Positions 18,168 to 27,559 of a DNA stretch of 64,000 bases are shown piece by piece (the first letter of the stretch is position 1; each line of letters begins with the position of its first letter). The translations under genes were made by a program, and so were the position numbers. The stretch lies in the sequence record MZ574432.2. One strand, written 5' to 3'. Under the pieces are notes generated by a model. That model worked only from the letters and a program-made list of their open reading frames with translations, was not told where the DNA came from and searched no databases.

Positions 18168-18404
18168 TTAATCCTTGGCCGAGCGACGATGCGGGTTCGA
18201 GCGAAGCCATGTGTCGGCTTCGGTGCGGGTCGAGAACGGCGCCCCGCCAATGCCCGTGGTTCCGTCATCCCATTGGATCGTCCAGCCGACCTGAATGACT
18301 TCCCAGTCCTGGGAGACGCCGAACGGGATCGTAGCATGGATAGGGATACGGTTATGGGGCGGGCGCTTGAGTTGGCGCACCCGCGCCGGGATCACTTGCG
18401 GCAT
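18168..18404 (-). CDS. hypothetical protein (78 aa) inverted relative to the array
   Basis: AGGA SD on the minus strand; WEVIQVGWTIQWDDG composition looks like a real protein; own canonical promoter. Confidence 0.6.
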   Translation of the reverse strand: MPQVIPARVRQLKRPPHNRIPIHATIPFGVSQDWEVIQVGWTIQWDDGTTGIGGAPFSTRTEADTWLRSNPHRRSAKD

Positions 18405-18446
18405 TGGGATTTCCTGTAGGTCAAGCGGAGGCTTGGGCCATCGAGG

Positions 18447-18474
18447 AAAGTACCACGCCGCCGGCCCATGTCAA
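18447..18474 (-). promoter_or_regulatory. canonical sigma70-type promoter for the inverted gene
   Basis: Reverse complement reads TTGACA-N16-TACTTT with a TG extended -10. Confidence 0.6.
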
Positions 18475-18510
18475 GAACGGCGACACGGGTCAAGAAACGC
18501 GGCTCAAGGC

Positions 18511-18551
18511 ACAAGAAAGCTGTTGACACGCATCGCGCCGCCATGCGACAA
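18511..18551 (+). promoter_or_regulatory. early promoter motif
   Basis: ACAAGAAAGCTGTTGACACGCAT..CATGCGAC. Confidence 0.75.
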
Positions 18552-18578
18552 AGGCTCATCACAACAGGGACACCCGCC

Positions 18579-19022
18579 ATGAACCTCGAAGACTGGTTTT
18601 ACCCTTCCTCCGACATCTCCAACTCTGACCAGACCATCGACTCCCGCGACGTCATCAAGCGGGTCGATGAACTGCAAGCCGCTTTCGATGACGCCGAGAT
18701 CGATCCTGATCAGGTGCTCGCCGACGACGAGCTAGACCTGGGCAAGGACGCCGAGGAAATCCGCGACGCCGCCCAAGAGCTTAAGGCGCTCAAGGACTTC
18801 GCCGAGGAGGGCGAGAACTACGCCGCCGACTGGACGAGCGGCGAAACCCTGATCCGAGAAAGCTATTTCGTCGAGTACGCCGAGGAGCTTTGCAAGGACA
18901 TCGGCGTCCTGCCCGACAACATCCCCGGCTATCTGGCCATCGACTGGGAAAAGACCGCCAACAACATCAAGGCCGATTACTCCGAAATCGAGTTTGACGG
19001 CGTCACCTATCTGGTCCGCTAA
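18579..19022 (+). CDS. ArdA-like antirestriction (DNA-mimic) protein
   Basis: Acidic; C-terminal LIRESYF.EYAEEL..DIG..IDWEK..DYSEIEFDGVTY resembles phage ArdA-like proteins. Confidence 0.65.
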   Translation: MNLEDWFYPSSDISNSDQTIDSRDVIKRVDELQAAFDDAEIDPDQVLADDELDLGKDAEEIRDAAQELKALKDFAEEGENYAADWTSGETLIRESYFVEYAEELCKDIGVLPDNIPGYLAIDWEKTANNIKADYSEIEFDGVTYLVR

Positions 19023-19071
19023 GGCGAGCGGCCGGCGTCCCCTGGGCGCCGGCCTTTCCCTGGCCACGATC

Positions 19072-19308
19072 GGTTAATCTTAACGCCTGGGACCAGACGG
19101 TTAAGGTTAACGCAAGGCCGTGGCGAGGGAACGTCAAGGCCGCGAGCTAGGATTACTCGCGAATGGCTTAGCCGGCGTCCAGCCGGCGGCGCCTTCGACC
19201 ACCGCGAGGCGGCCTTGACCCTGACAGTCTCGCCCAAGCGCCGCGCCATGTCAACCGCTTTCTTATGTGCAAGAAACCTGTTGACAGCATGTCCGACCCA
19301 TGCGAGAA
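19072..19308 (+). promoter_or_regulatory. CtrA-like boxes (19072-19112) and early promoter (19268-19308)
   Basis: GGTTAATCTTAAC and GGTTAAGGTTAAC; promoter motif about 155 bp downstream. Confidence 0.7.
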
Positions 19309-19336
19309 AGCCTCATCATTCACTGGGAACGACCCC

Positions 19337-19996
19337 ATGCCCCGCACCGTCACCAAACAGGTCTACAAGTTCACCGAACTGAGCGACAAGGCCAAAGCCA
19401 AGGCCGTCGAGTGGTATCGCGAGCTTGAGATGCAAGAAACCGGCTGGTGGGATTACGTCTTTGAAGAGGCCGACCGCATCGCCGACGCCTTCGGGATCAC
19501 GCTCAATCGCAGCGAAGCCGGCAAGCCCATGTCCGGCCCCGACATCCTGTTCAGCGGCTTCTACAGCCAAGGCGACGGCGCCTGTTTCCAAGGCCGCTAC
19601 GCCAGCCCCCAAATCCCGGCCGTGGAGGGCTTCGCCGCCCTCGGGATCGAAGACGACAACCTCAAGGCCCTCGCCGTGCGCCTGGACGCTCTGAGCGCCA
19701 AGACCGGCGGACGCCTGACGACCGTGGTTCGCCACAGCGGCCACTACTATCACGAGTATTGCACAAACTTCGAAACCGAACTGACCGACCCTGAAGACGG
19801 TTCGGACTTCGACCCCTACGCCTATGACGTGGAGGATGAAAAGGAACTGGTCGACATCATGCGCCGGTTCATGAAGTGGATTTATCGTCAGCTTGAAGAG
19901 GCCGATGAGGCCCGCCTGTCTGACGAGACGATCACCGAAGCCCTCGCCGACTCCGACTACGAGTTTGAGGCCAGCGGCGCGCCGACCAGAGACTAG
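19337..19996 (+). CDS. conserved acidic phage protein (219 aa)
   Basis: VYKFTELSDKAKAKA and FSGFYSQGDGA motifs. Confidence 0.8.
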   Translation: MPRTVTKQVYKFTELSDKAKAKAVEWYRELEMQETGWWDYVFEEADRIADAFGITLNRSEAGKPMSGPDILFSGFYSQGDGACFQGRYASPQIPAVEGFAALGIEDDNLKALAVRLDALSAKTGGRLTTVVRHSGHYYHEYCTNFETELTDPEDGSDFDPYAYDVEDEKELVDIMRRFMKWIYRQLEEADEARLSDETITEALADSDYEFEASGAPTRD

Positions 19997-20036
19997 GCCA
20001 AGACGGCGCCCGGCCCTCCCGCCGGGCGCCGATCGT

Positions 20037-20161
20037 GGTTAACGCCGTGTCGGGTTTTTGTAACCTTAACGCCCTGTTAAGGTTAACGAAAAAGGCCCTT
20101 TCCGTTAACCACGAATAATGCGAGAAAGCTGTTGACACGCATCGCAGCCCCATGCGACAAA
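20037..20161 (+). promoter_or_regulatory. cassette control element
   Basis: TAACCTTAACGCCCTGTTAAGGTTAAC; promoter motif. Confidence 0.8.
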
Positions 20162-20186
20162 GGGCCATCGCAACGGGAGACACCCC

Positions 20187-20474
20187 ATGACGAAACAAGC
20201 CCCAAAGCGCCGCAAGCGCTACCCGCCCAAGAGCGACGCGGCCAAGGCCCGCGCCGCCGCCAAGAGCAAGGCGTTTTTCGCCCGCCACGCCCTCAAGGCC
20301 ACCGAGGCGGCTATCGCCGCCATGGCGGCGGGCGATCAAAAGGCTGTCCAACGCCACGCCAAGGACGCCCGGCGCCTCAATCGCTGGATGTGCCACAAGC
20401 GCGACATCGCCGCCGCCTTCAAGGCCGTGTTCGACATCCGCGCCGCCGCTCAAGCCCTGCGAGCCGCCGCATGA
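20187..20474 (+). CDS. basic early protein (95 aa)
   Basis: Conserved leader; rich in K/R/A. Confidence 0.75.
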   Translation: MTKQAPKRRKRYPPKSDAAKARAAAKSKAFFARHALKATEAAIAAMAAGDQKAVQRHAKDARRLNRWMCHKRDIAAAFKAVFDIRAAAQALRAAA

Positions 20475-20686
20475 TCCGCCGCCCCGCCCTCATGACCTGC
20501 ATCGCCGGCGCCGCCCTCATCCTGTCGGGCATGGCCGTTTCGGCCGCCAGCGCCCCGGAAAAGCGGGTTCTCGTTGGTCAATACTGCGACGGCGACCCCG
20601 TGCGCCTCTATGGCCTGGAGGACGGCGAGGAAGCCGCCCAAGCCTGCGCCATCGTCGAGGTCCACGCCCTGCCGAAAGGACTCTGA
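20471..20686 (+). CDS. small secreted/periplasmic protein (71 aa)
   Basis: Signal-peptide-like N-terminus ending in ASA; two Cys. Confidence 0.65.
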   Translation: MIRRPALMTCIAGAALILSGMAVSAASAPEKRVLVGQYCDGDPVRLYGLEDGEEAAQACAIVEVHALPKGL

Positions 20687-20688
20687 CC

Positions 20689-21147
20689 ATGCCCGGACAT
20701 CCCGCCTTCGATCTTGACGAGCGCGAAGCCGCCGCCGTCATTGCCGGCCTGCGCCTGCTGCAACGCATCGGCGTGCCGGTCGAGCTAGAAGACGTCGCCA
20801 CCAACGGCGGCGCCTTCGACGTGCTCGATGACACCGCCATCGACGCGCTCTGCGAGCGCATCAATCTGGACCTGACCACCACGCCGCCGCCCGTGCTGAT
20901 CGAGAGCCGCGAGGAGCCGGTTCGCGTCGAGGACCTCAAGGGCGGCATGATGTGCGACCTTGAGGGCGACATGTTCGCCGACAACGCCGGCCGTTACCCT
21001 GAGTTCGAGTTCGCCTATGCCGTCGTTGTCGAGGTGCAGGTCAACCCGAAGGGCGAGCCGCCTGGAACCGTGATCGTCGAGTTCGACAAGATCACCGTGG
21101 CCTTTCCCATCGGCCACACCCTGCCGACCATCAAGGACCCGCAATAA
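20689..21147 (+). CDS. early hypothetical protein (152 aa)
   Basis: AAGGA SD. Confidence 0.75.
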   Translation: MPGHPAFDLDEREAAAVIAGLRLLQRIGVPVELEDVATNGGAFDVLDDTAIDALCERINLDLTTTPPPVLIESREEPVRVEDLKGGMMCDLEGDMFADNAGRYPEFEFAYAVVVEVQVNPKGEPPGTVIVEFDKITVAFPIGHTLPTIKDPQ

Positions 21148-21149
21148 AA

Positions 21150-21190
21150 CGCAAGAAAGCTGTTGACAGCATAATCAGGCTATGCGAGAA
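21150..21190 (+). promoter_or_regulatory. early promoter motif without a CtrA-like box
   Basis: GCAAGAAAGCTGTTGACAGCAT..TATGCGAG. Confidence 0.75.
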
Positions 21191-21228
21191 AGGATCGTCA
21201 AAGGCGATCCCGCCTCGTGGAGACACCC

Positions 21229-21573
21229 ATGAAACTGGTCAAGTCCAACATCATCGACAACCACCGCATGACGGCGCTGCGCAACTGCATCACCGTCGCC
21301 ATCGAGCGCTTTCAAGAGCACGTCGATGAGATGAAGCCGGCCGCCGAGCAATACGAGGCCGCCGACGACGCGGGCAAGAAGGCCCTGGAAGCGGCCACGC
21401 CCATGGTTCACCCCCGCGTCTATCGCCAGCTTTCCGACCAGTTCGAGGGCCAGATCGAAGAAGCCCGCAAGCTGCTGGACTGGCTGGACGGCGACGCCTA
21501 CCAAGACGCCTCGGGCGAGTTCCCCGAAGGCACCGATTTCGTCGTCGTCGCCGGCCTCGTCCGCGACTACTGA
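21229..21573 (+). CDS. early hypothetical protein (114 aa)
   Basis: Start MKLVKSN after GGAGACACCC. Confidence 0.75.
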   Translation: MKLVKSNIIDNHRMTALRNCITVAIERFQEHVDEMKPAAEQYEAADDAGKKALEAATPMVHPRVYRQLSDQFEGQIEEARKLLDWLDGDAYQDASGEFPEGTDFVVVAGLVRDY

Positions 21574-21581
21574 CCAAGCCA

Positions 21582-21722
21582 AGGCCCGCCTCACCGGCGG
21601 GCCTTTTTCTCGCCAGCCCACGTTAACCTTAACGCCGCGTTAGGGTTAACGGCGGGCCGGTTTTCGTTAACCAAAGAAAATGCAAGAAACCTGTTGACTG
21701 ACATCTTGGTCCTATGCGACAA
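21582..21722 (+). promoter_or_regulatory. cassette control element
   Basis: GGCCCGCC..GGCGGGCC-T5; GTTAACCTTAACGCCGCGTTAGGGTTAAC; promoter motif. Confidence 0.8.
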
Positions 21723-21749
21723 AGGCTCATCACCAACGGGAACGCTCCC

Positions 21750-22148
21750 ATGACCCAAGACCTGACCACCGAAGAACGCAACGCCAAGCGCGCCGAAATG
21801 GCCGATCACTGGCGCGAGCAACTCAAGGTCGCCCAGGCTCGCCTTGACATGACCGTGCTGGTCGGCAAGGGCTTTATCTGCGCCCTGGAACGCGATCAAT
21901 CGATGGCGATCCGCGCCGATGGTCCCGACCGCTATCGCCTGTGGCCGGTGTCGGCGCACCTGACCCACCTCCTCCACTTCACCAAGCTTGACGCCATGCG
22001 GACCGCCGCCCATTGGAACGCGGGCCTCCCCGACGACAAGCAAGACCTGCGAGTGAGCGCCATCCACTACCGCGACGCGCTCAAAACCTTCGTGGAAGTG
22101 GCCAAGTCGCAAATCGCCTGGATCGAAGGCGGCTGCAAGGCGGCCTGA
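21750..22148 (+). CDS. early hypothetical protein (132 aa), copy 1
   Basis: Start MTQDLTTEE. Confidence 0.8.
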   Translation: MTQDLTTEERNAKRAEMADHWREQLKVAQARLDMTVLVGKGFICALERDQSMAIRADGPDRYRLWPVSAHLTHLLHFTKLDAMRTAAHWNAGLPDDKQDLRVSAIHYRDALKTFVEVAKSQIAWIEGGCKAA

Positions 22149-22177
22149 TCTTGACGCCCTCCGGCTCCGGCCGGAGG

Positions 22178-22336
22178 GTTAATTTTTGGCCAGCCTGCAT
22201 TAACCTTAACGCGCAACCGTTCTCAGGTTAACCTTAACGTGAAAACGGTTGCAGGTTAACCTTAACCCCGCCTGCCCAGGCCTTAACCAAACCACGTGAG
22301 AAAACTGTTGACTCGCATCTAGGCCCCATGCGACAA
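22178..22336 (+). promoter_or_regulatory. cassette control element with multiple TTAACCTTAAC motifs
   Basis: Three (A/G)TTAACCTTAAC copies plus promoter motif; repeated at 23607-23765. Confidence 0.75.
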
Positions 22337-22364
22337 GGTGACATCGACAACCGGAGGCCCTTCC

Positions 22365-23021
22365 ATGGCCAGCCCTGAAGACATCGCCACCGTCCAAGCC
22401 GCCGCCGTCTCTTTCGACCTGGAAGCGTGGGAAGCGGAAAAAGGCGAGTATGCCGAGGCTCATTGGCGGTATCTGAACCCCGCCTTTGAAATCGAGACCT
22501 ATTCGCACATGTTCAGCCAAGCCGAACGCGACGCCGCGCGCCGTCTCATCGAAGAATATGAGACCGCCCAGACCGATCATCAAGGCACCTATGTTGACGA
22601 AAGCGCCGCGCTCATCGCCAGCGCCGACGCCTTCACCCGCCAATATATCGCCAGCGCGGTTTGGACCGGCGTCGAGTTGCCCTATGGCGACGACCGCGCC
22701 GACAGCGGCGGCGCCTATGACCTCGAAGAGGATTCGATCATCCCCGCCACGCTGCGCGACATGATCGAAGATTGCGCCACCTTCCAACGCGACAACGCCG
22801 ACACCCTGGCCAAGGCCTATGAGTCGGACGTGTATATTCAAGGCGAGCGCTACAACGCCAGCAACGCGGGGCACGATTTTTGGCTGACCCGCAACGGCCA
22901 TGGCGCGGGCTTTTGGGATCGCGGCCTAGAAGAGGTCGGCGAGGCCCTGACCAAGGCCTGCAAGGCGTTCGGGGAATACTATCTCGCCATGAGCGACAAC
23001 GGCGAAATCTCCAAGATGTGA
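22365..23021 (+). CDS. conserved phage protein (218 aa), copy 1
   Basis: AGHDFWLTRNGHGAGFWDR motif. Confidence 0.8.
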   Translation: MASPEDIATVQAAAVSFDLEAWEAEKGEYAEAHWRYLNPAFEIETYSHMFSQAERDAARRLIEEYETAQTDHQGTYVDESAALIASADAFTRQYIASAVWTGVELPYGDDRADSGGAYDLEEDSIIPATLRDMIEDCATFQRDNADTLAKAYESDVYIQGERYNASNAGHDFWLTRNGHGAGFWDRGLEEVGEALTKACKAFGEYYLAMSDNGEISKM

Positions 23022-23178
23022 CGATCAAGGCCCGCGCTTGACGCGGGCCTTTTTCTGCCCCGTCCGGGTTAACCTTAACGCCGGGCGACTTTCCGTTAAC
23101 CGAAGAAAATGCAAGAAACCTGTTGACTCGCATCTTGGTCCTATGCGACAAAGGCTCATCACCAACGGGAACGCTCCC

Positions 23179-23577
23179 ATGACCCAAGACCTGACCACCG
23201 AAGAACGCAACGCCAAGCGCGCCGAAATGGCCGATCACTGGCGCGAGCAACTCAAGGTCGCCCAGGCTCGCCTTGACATGACCGTGCTGGTCGGCAAGGG
23301 CTTTATCTGCGCCCTGGAACGCGATCAATCGATGGCGATCCGCGCCGATGGTCCCGACCGCTATCGCCTGTGGCCGGTGTCGGCGCACCTGACCCACCTC
23401 CTCCACTTCACCAAGCTTGACGCCATGCGGACCGCCGCCCATTGGAACGCGGGCCTCCCCGACGACAAGCAAGACCTGCGAGTGAGCGCCATCCACTACC
23501 GCGACGCGCTCAAAACCTTCGTGGAAGTGGCCAAGTCGCAAATCGCCTGGATCGAAGGCGGCTGCAAGGCGGCCTGA
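23179..23577 (+). CDS. early hypothetical protein (132 aa), copy 2
   Basis: Identical to 21750-22148. Confidence 0.8.
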   Translation: MTQDLTTEERNAKRAEMADHWREQLKVAQARLDMTVLVGKGFICALERDQSMAIRADGPDRYRLWPVSAHLTHLLHFTKLDAMRTAAHWNAGLPDDKQDLRVSAIHYRDALKTFVEVAKSQIAWIEGGCKAA

Positions 23578-23793
23578 TCTTGACGCCCTCCGGCTCCGGC
23601 CGGAGGGTTAATTTTTGGCCAGCCTGCATTAACCTTAACGCGCAACCGTTCTCAGGTTAACCTTAACGTGAAAACGGTTGCAGGTTAACCTTAACCCCGC
23701 CTGCCCAGGCCTTAACCAAACCACGTGAGAAAACTGTTGACTCGCATCTAGGCCCCATGCGACAAGGTGACATCGACAACCGGAGGCCCTTCC

Positions 23794-24450
23794 ATGGCCA
23801 GCCCTGAAGACATCGCCACCGTCCAAGCCGCCGCCGTCTCTTTCGACCTGGAAGCGTGGGAAGCGGAAAAAGGCGAGTATGCCGAGGCTCATTGGCGGTA
23901 TCTGAACCCCGCCTTTGAAATCGAGACCTATTCGCACATGTTCAGCCAAGCCGAACGCGACGCCGCGCGCCGTCTCATCGAAGAATATGAGACCGCCCAG
24001 ACCGATCATCAAGGCACCTATGTTGACGAAAGCGCCGCGCTCATCGCCAGCGCCGACGCCTTCACCCGCCAATATATCGCCAGCGCGGTTTGGACCGGCG
24101 TCGAGTTGCCCTATGGCGACGACCGCGCCGACAGCGGCGGCGCCTATGACCTCGAAGAGGATTCGATCATCCCCGCCACGCTGCGCGACATGATCGAAGA
24201 TTGCGCCACCTTCCAACGCGACAACGCCGACACCCTGGCCAAGGCCTATGAGTCGGACGTGTATATTCAAGGCGAGCGCTACAACGCCAGCAACGCGGGG
24301 CACGATTTTTGGCTGACCCGCAACGGCCATGGCGCGGGCTTTTGGGATCGCGGCCTAGAAGAGGTCGGCGAGGCCCTGACCAAGGCCTGCAAGGCGTTCG
24401 GGGAATACTATCTCGCCATGAGCGACAACGGCGAAATCTCCAAGATGTGA
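23794..24450 (+). CDS. conserved phage protein (218 aa), copy 2
   Basis: Identical to 22365-23021. Confidence 0.8.
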   Translation: MASPEDIATVQAAAVSFDLEAWEAEKGEYAEAHWRYLNPAFEIETYSHMFSQAERDAARRLIEEYETAQTDHQGTYVDESAALIASADAFTRQYIASAVWTGVELPYGDDRADSGGAYDLEEDSIIPATLRDMIEDCATFQRDNADTLAKAYESDVYIQGERYNASNAGHDFWLTRNGHGAGFWDRGLEEVGEALTKACKAFGEYYLAMSDNGEISKM

Positions 24451-24454
24451 CGAT

Positions 24455-24579
24455 CAAGGCCCGCGCTTGACGCGGGCCTTTTTCTGCCCCGTCCGGGTTA
24501 ACCTTAACGCCGGGCGACTTTCCGTTAACCGAAGAAAATGCAAGAAACCTGTTGACTCGCATCTTCGTTATATGCGAAC
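24455..24579 (+). promoter_or_regulatory. cassette control element
   Basis: GGCCCGCG..CGCGGGCC-T5; GGTTAACCTTAAC; promoter variant TTGACTCGCAT..TATGCGAAC. Confidence 0.75.
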
Positions 24580-24610
24580 TTGACGACATCGGAAATCAAG
24601 GAACGCCGAC

Positions 24611-24985
24611 ATGGCTAAGACCGAAACCGTCGACCTCGCCCTGGTCATGCTCGATGAGAGCAAGGCCGCCAAGGGCGCCCCCCGCGCCTTCACGTTCGGC
24701 GAAGTCCGCGAGGCCTTCACCGACGCGCACGCCTTGACGTTGCTCCAAGCGCGCTTGCGCCAGATCAACGAAAACGAGTGCAACGGCTATCGCGACGAAA
24801 CCGCCGAACGCCTGGACGCTCGCCGCGAGGAGCGCGCTAAGGCCGCCGTCGTCGAGATCGCCAAGCGCTACGGCCTGACCTTCCATTTCAACGGCGATCC
24901 GCGCGGGTCGGCGCTGAAGCTGAAGACGCCTCACACCGGCCGTTATAACGGCTTTGGCGGCCGTGAGGATGGTTGGGCCGTCTAG
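24611..24985 (+). CDS. conserved phage protein (124 aa)
   Basis: ENECNG and NGDPRG motifs. Confidence 0.8.
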   Translation: MAKTETVDLALVMLDESKAAKGAPRAFTFGEVREAFTDAHALTLLQARLRQINENECNGYRDETAERLDARREERAKAAVVEIAKRYGLTFHFNGDPRGSALKLKTPHTGRYNGFGGREDGWAV

Positions 24986-25053
24986 GCCCAACTTGACGCC
25001 GCTCCACCCCCTGTAACGCGTCCCCTTCCACCCCTAGGCCTTGGAGACACACA

Positions 25054-25263
25054 ATGGCCCGCACTGCCGATCACACCACCGCCGACCGTACCCGCGCCCC
25101 TCGCGACCTCGCGCCGTGGGAACTCGACGCCGAACGCCGCCGCGCGCGCAAGGCTTCCAAGTCCTGGCGCGCCGAACGCAAGGGCGTGCGCTCGATGGGC
25201 GACTATGCCCAGGGCGACGACATGCGCACCCTCGCCGATGGGGCCGATTTCTACCCGAACTAG
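25054..25263 (+). CDS. early hypothetical protein (69 aa)
   Basis: GGAG SD. Confidence 0.7.
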   Translation: MARTADHTTADRTRAPRDLAPWELDAERRRARKASKSWRAERKGVRSMGDYAQGDDMRTLADGADFYPN

Positions 25264-25365
25264 GGCGCGCCCTGGCCAGCGAAAAAAAGTGCCGTCAACG
25301 CAAGAAAGGCGTTGACGGCATAATCGCTATATGCGACAAAGGCTCATCGGCAACGGAGACACGCC

Positions 25366-25560
25366 ATGACCTTCCACCACAACCTGATGAGCAAGCTGGA
25401 CGCGGCCCAAATGGCGGGCGAAATGACCTACGCCCAACACGCCGACATGCGCGCCACGCTGCGGGCCTCCAACATGCGCGGTCAAGTCTTCACCTCGATG
25501 GATGAACTGCGCAAGGCCTGCAAGGGCGCCGGTCGCGACTTCCAAGGCCGGTTCGCCTAA
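25366..25560 (+). CDS. gene A (64 aa), copy 1
   Basis: MTFHHNLMSK; GGAG SD. Confidence 0.8.
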   Translation: MTFHHNLMSKLDAAQMAGEMTYAQHADMRATLRASNMRGQVFTSMDELRKACKGAGRDFQGRFA

Positions 25561-25580
25561 GACCCCCTCCCCTGAGAGGC

Positions 25581-25766
25581 CCGCCCTAGAGGCGGGCTTT
25601 TTCTTGGCCGTTAGCCTCTCGTTAAGGTTAATCCCCAGGCCCTCTGGGGTTAACCTTAACGCGGCGTTAAGGTTAACCCCGGCGGCCCAGGCCTTAACCA
25701 TGGCAAGGAAAAAAGATCGCTTTCCTGCGAGAAAGCTGTTGACCGCATAAAGGCAATATGCGACAA
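25581..25766 (+). promoter_or_regulatory. terminator + CtrA-like boxes + promoter (recurs in each 885-bp unit)
   Basis: GCCCGCC..GGCGGGC-T5; perfect GGGGTTAACCTTAAC-GCGGC-GTTAAGGTTAACCCC palindrome; promoter motif. Confidence 0.85.
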
Positions 25767-25790
25767 AGGGTCATCAACGGAGCTAGTCCA

Positions 25791-25961
25791 ATGTCCTTCC
25801 GCCTCGCCCTTACCGAAGACGCCCGCTTCACCGCCGCCCGTGGCGCGGTCCGCACCGTCCGCGAGCAAGCCCGCCCGGCGCCGCACAAGGACATTGACGG
25901 CAAGGCCCTGCTGGCGCCCGCCTCGGCGCTGGACCGCATCCGCGCCGTTCTCGGGAACTGA
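25791..25961 (+). CDS. gene B (56 aa), copy 1
   Basis: Start MSFRLAL after GGAG. Confidence 0.7.
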   Translation: MSFRLALTEDARFTAARGAVRTVREQARPAPHKDIDGKALLAPASALDRIRAVLGN

Positions 25962-25964
25962 GTC

Positions 25965-26156
25965 ATGAAGGTCATCGCGCACTATGCCAACGGCCTGCAA
26001 CGGGTCATCCCCTGCGAGACCTCGCAAGAGGCTGTGGCCGCGATCAAGGCGGCTCTGACCTATGATCGCGCCGCCAAGTTCACGCTTGACAAGCGCCTTG
26101 CCTCGGCGATCCCGACCCGCGCCGCCTCCGAACGGGTTTGGCTGTTGAGCGCGTGA
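25965..26156 (+). CDS. gene C (63 aa), copy 1
   Basis: ORF directly after gene B. Confidence 0.7.
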   Translation: MKVIAHYANGLQRVIPCETSQEAVAAIKAALTYDRAAKFTLDKRLASAIPTRAASERVWLLSA

Positions 26157-26250
26157 GGGCGATCGAAAAAAGATCGCCTCACCGCAAAAAACCTGTTGAC
26201 TCGCATAAGGCCCCTATGCGATAAAAGGTCATCGGCAACGGAGACACGCC

Positions 26251-26445
26251 ATGACCTTCCACCACAACCTGATGAGCAAGCTGGACGCGGCCCAAATGGC
26301 GGGCGAAATGACCTACGCCCAACACGCCGACATGCGCGCCACGCTGCGGGCCTCCAACATGCGCGGTCAAGTCTTCACCTCGATGGATGAACTGCGCAAG
26401 GCCTGCAAGGGCGCCGGTCGCGACTTCCAAGGCCGGTTCGCCTAA
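26251..26445 (+). CDS. gene A, copy 2
   Basis: Identical translation. Confidence 0.8.
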   Translation: MTFHHNLMSKLDAAQMAGEMTYAQHADMRATLRASNMRGQVFTSMDELRKACKGAGRDFQGRFA

Positions 26446-26674
26446 GACCCCTCCCCTGAGAGGCCCGCCCTAGAGGCGGGCTTTTTCTTGGCCGTTAGCC
26501 TCTCGTTAAGGTTAATCCCCAGGCCCTCTGGGGTTAACCTTAACGCGGCGTTAAGGTTAACCCCGGCGGCCCAGGCCTTAACCATGGCAAGGAAAAAAGA
26601 TCGCTTTCCTGCGAGAAAGCTGTTGACCGCATAAAGGCAATATGCGACAAAGGGTCATCAACGGAGCTAGTCCA

Positions 26675-26845
26675 ATGTCCTTCCGCCTCGCCCTTACCGA
26701 AGACGCCCGCTTCACCGCCGCCCGTGGCGCGGTCCGCACCGTCCGCGAGCAAGCCCGCCCGGCGCCGCACAAGGACATTGACGGCAAGGCCCTGCTGGCG
26801 CCCGCCTCGGCGCTGGACCGCATCCGCGCCGTTCTCGGGAACTGA
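26675..26845 (+). CDS. gene B, copy 2
   Basis: Identical translation. Confidence 0.7.
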   Translation: MSFRLALTEDARFTAARGAVRTVREQARPAPHKDIDGKALLAPASALDRIRAVLGN

Positions 26846-26848
26846 GTC

Positions 26849-27040
26849 ATGAAGGTCATCGCGCACTATGCCAACGGCCTGCAACGGGTCATCCCCTGCG
26901 AGACCTCGCAAGAGGCTGTGGCCGCGATCAAGGCGGCTCTGACCTATGATCGCGCCGCCAAGTTCACGCTTGACAAGCGCCTTGCCTCGGCGATCCCGAC
27001 CCGCGCCGCCTCCGAACGGGTTTGGCTGTTGAGCGCGTGA
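26849..27040 (+). CDS. gene C, copy 2
   Basis: Identical translation. Confidence 0.7.
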   Translation: MKVIAHYANGLQRVIPCETSQEAVAAIKAALTYDRAAKFTLDKRLASAIPTRAASERVWLLSA

Positions 27041-27134
27041 GGGCGATCGAAAAAAGATCGCCTCACCGCAAAAAACCTGTTGACTCGCATAAGGCCCCTA
27101 TGCGATAAAAGGTCATCGGCAACGGAGACACGCC

Positions 27135-27329
27135 ATGACCTTCCACCACAACCTGATGAGCAAGCTGGACGCGGCCCAAATGGCGGGCGAAATGACCTAC
27201 GCCCAACACGCCGACATGCGCGCCACGCTGCGGGCCTCCAACATGCGCGGTCAAGTCTTCACCTCGATGGATGAACTGCGCAAGGCCTGCAAGGGCGCCG
27301 GTCGCGACTTCCAAGGCCGGTTCGCCTAA
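27135..27329 (+). CDS. gene A, copy 3
   Basis: Identical translation. Confidence 0.8.
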   Translation: MTFHHNLMSKLDAAQMAGEMTYAQHADMRATLRASNMRGQVFTSMDELRKACKGAGRDFQGRFA

Positions 27330-27559
27330 GACCCCCTCCCCTGAGAGGCCCGCCCTAGAGGCGGGCTTTTTCTTGGCCGTTAGCCTCTCGTTAAGGTTAA
27401 TCCCCAGGCCCTCTGGGGTTAACCTTAACGCGGCGTTAAGGTTAACCCCGGCGGCCCAGGCCTTAACCATGGCAAGGAAAAAAGATCGCTTTCCTGCGAG
27501 AAAGCTGTTGACCGCATAAAGGCAATATGCGACAAAGGGTCATCAACGGAGCTAGTCCA

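Larger units (their letters stand above)
21702..24565. repeat. exact 1429-bp tandem duplication of two cassettes
   Basis: Identical ORFs at +1429; boundaries fall in CATCTT inside promoter motifs. Confidence 0.95.
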
